In this document: positions 63,792 to 64,000 of the stretch, piece after piece
Numbering within the stretch: position 1 is the first letter of the stretch
How the letters are laid out: the number at the start of each line of letters is the position of its first letter
Origin: Vicugna vicugna
Taxonomy: Eukaryota
NCBI GenBank assembly: GCA_013265495.1
Contig: MU061538.1
Location: forward strand, 2,572,865 to 2,636,864
DNA: 64,000 nucleotides
Reading direction: 5' to 3'
Notes under the pieces: generated by a model
What the model saw: only the letters and a program-made list of their open reading frames with translations
What the model was told of the DNA's origin: nothing
The model's database searches: none
Program-made: the position numbers and the translations under genes

Positions 63792-64000
63792 CTGGAAAAG
63801 AAAGAGGCAAAGCATCAAAAATTTTATCTTTTGATAAGAAGGGAGGACCACTAAACACTGTGATTGCCTTTCAGAAACAGTATGAACGGTAAACATGACG
63901 TCTACAAATAAATGCTGGACAAAAGCCAGTCACGCTTTTCATTTGTTATTGAACTAACAGAAACTACCGTATGGGGAGTCACGATTTGGTGAAATGGCAT

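Noticed and set aside
63469..63858. 129-aa ORF as a standalone gene
   Set aside because: Only 63693-63791 is DPP6 exon. The rest is read-through of intron beyond canonical splice sites.

Overview
Mammalian genomic DNA, most likely camelid (it carries Vic-1-type tRNA-derived SINEs), not prokaryotic. The whole window lies inside the DPP6 gene (dipeptidyl-peptidase-like protein 6, the Kv4 channel auxiliary subunit) on the minus strand. Three consecutive coding exons are visible: 63693-63791 (99 nt), 14612-14706 (95 nt) and 4897-4971 (75 nt), probably exons 3-5 in human numbering (from memory). All have canonical AG/GT boundaries and compatible phases. The rest is intron containing L1, L2, MIR, Tigger1, MER82, LTR and SINE remnants, two GC-rich minisatellites and several CpG-rich patches. 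Almost all ORFs in the supplied track are spurious. The most unusual structure is an inverted repeat pair about 17 kb apart within one intron (29278-29610 and 46672-47004). Its 333-bp core is identical, while its short flanks are diverged and GC-skewed, which suggests gene conversion or an invertible segment, or else an assembly artefact. There are also 5'-inverted (twin-primed) L1 insertions and local signs of GC-biased gene conversion. I see no convincing novel protein-coding system. Repeat subfamily names come from remembered consensus sequences and need RepeatMasker/Dfam confirmation.
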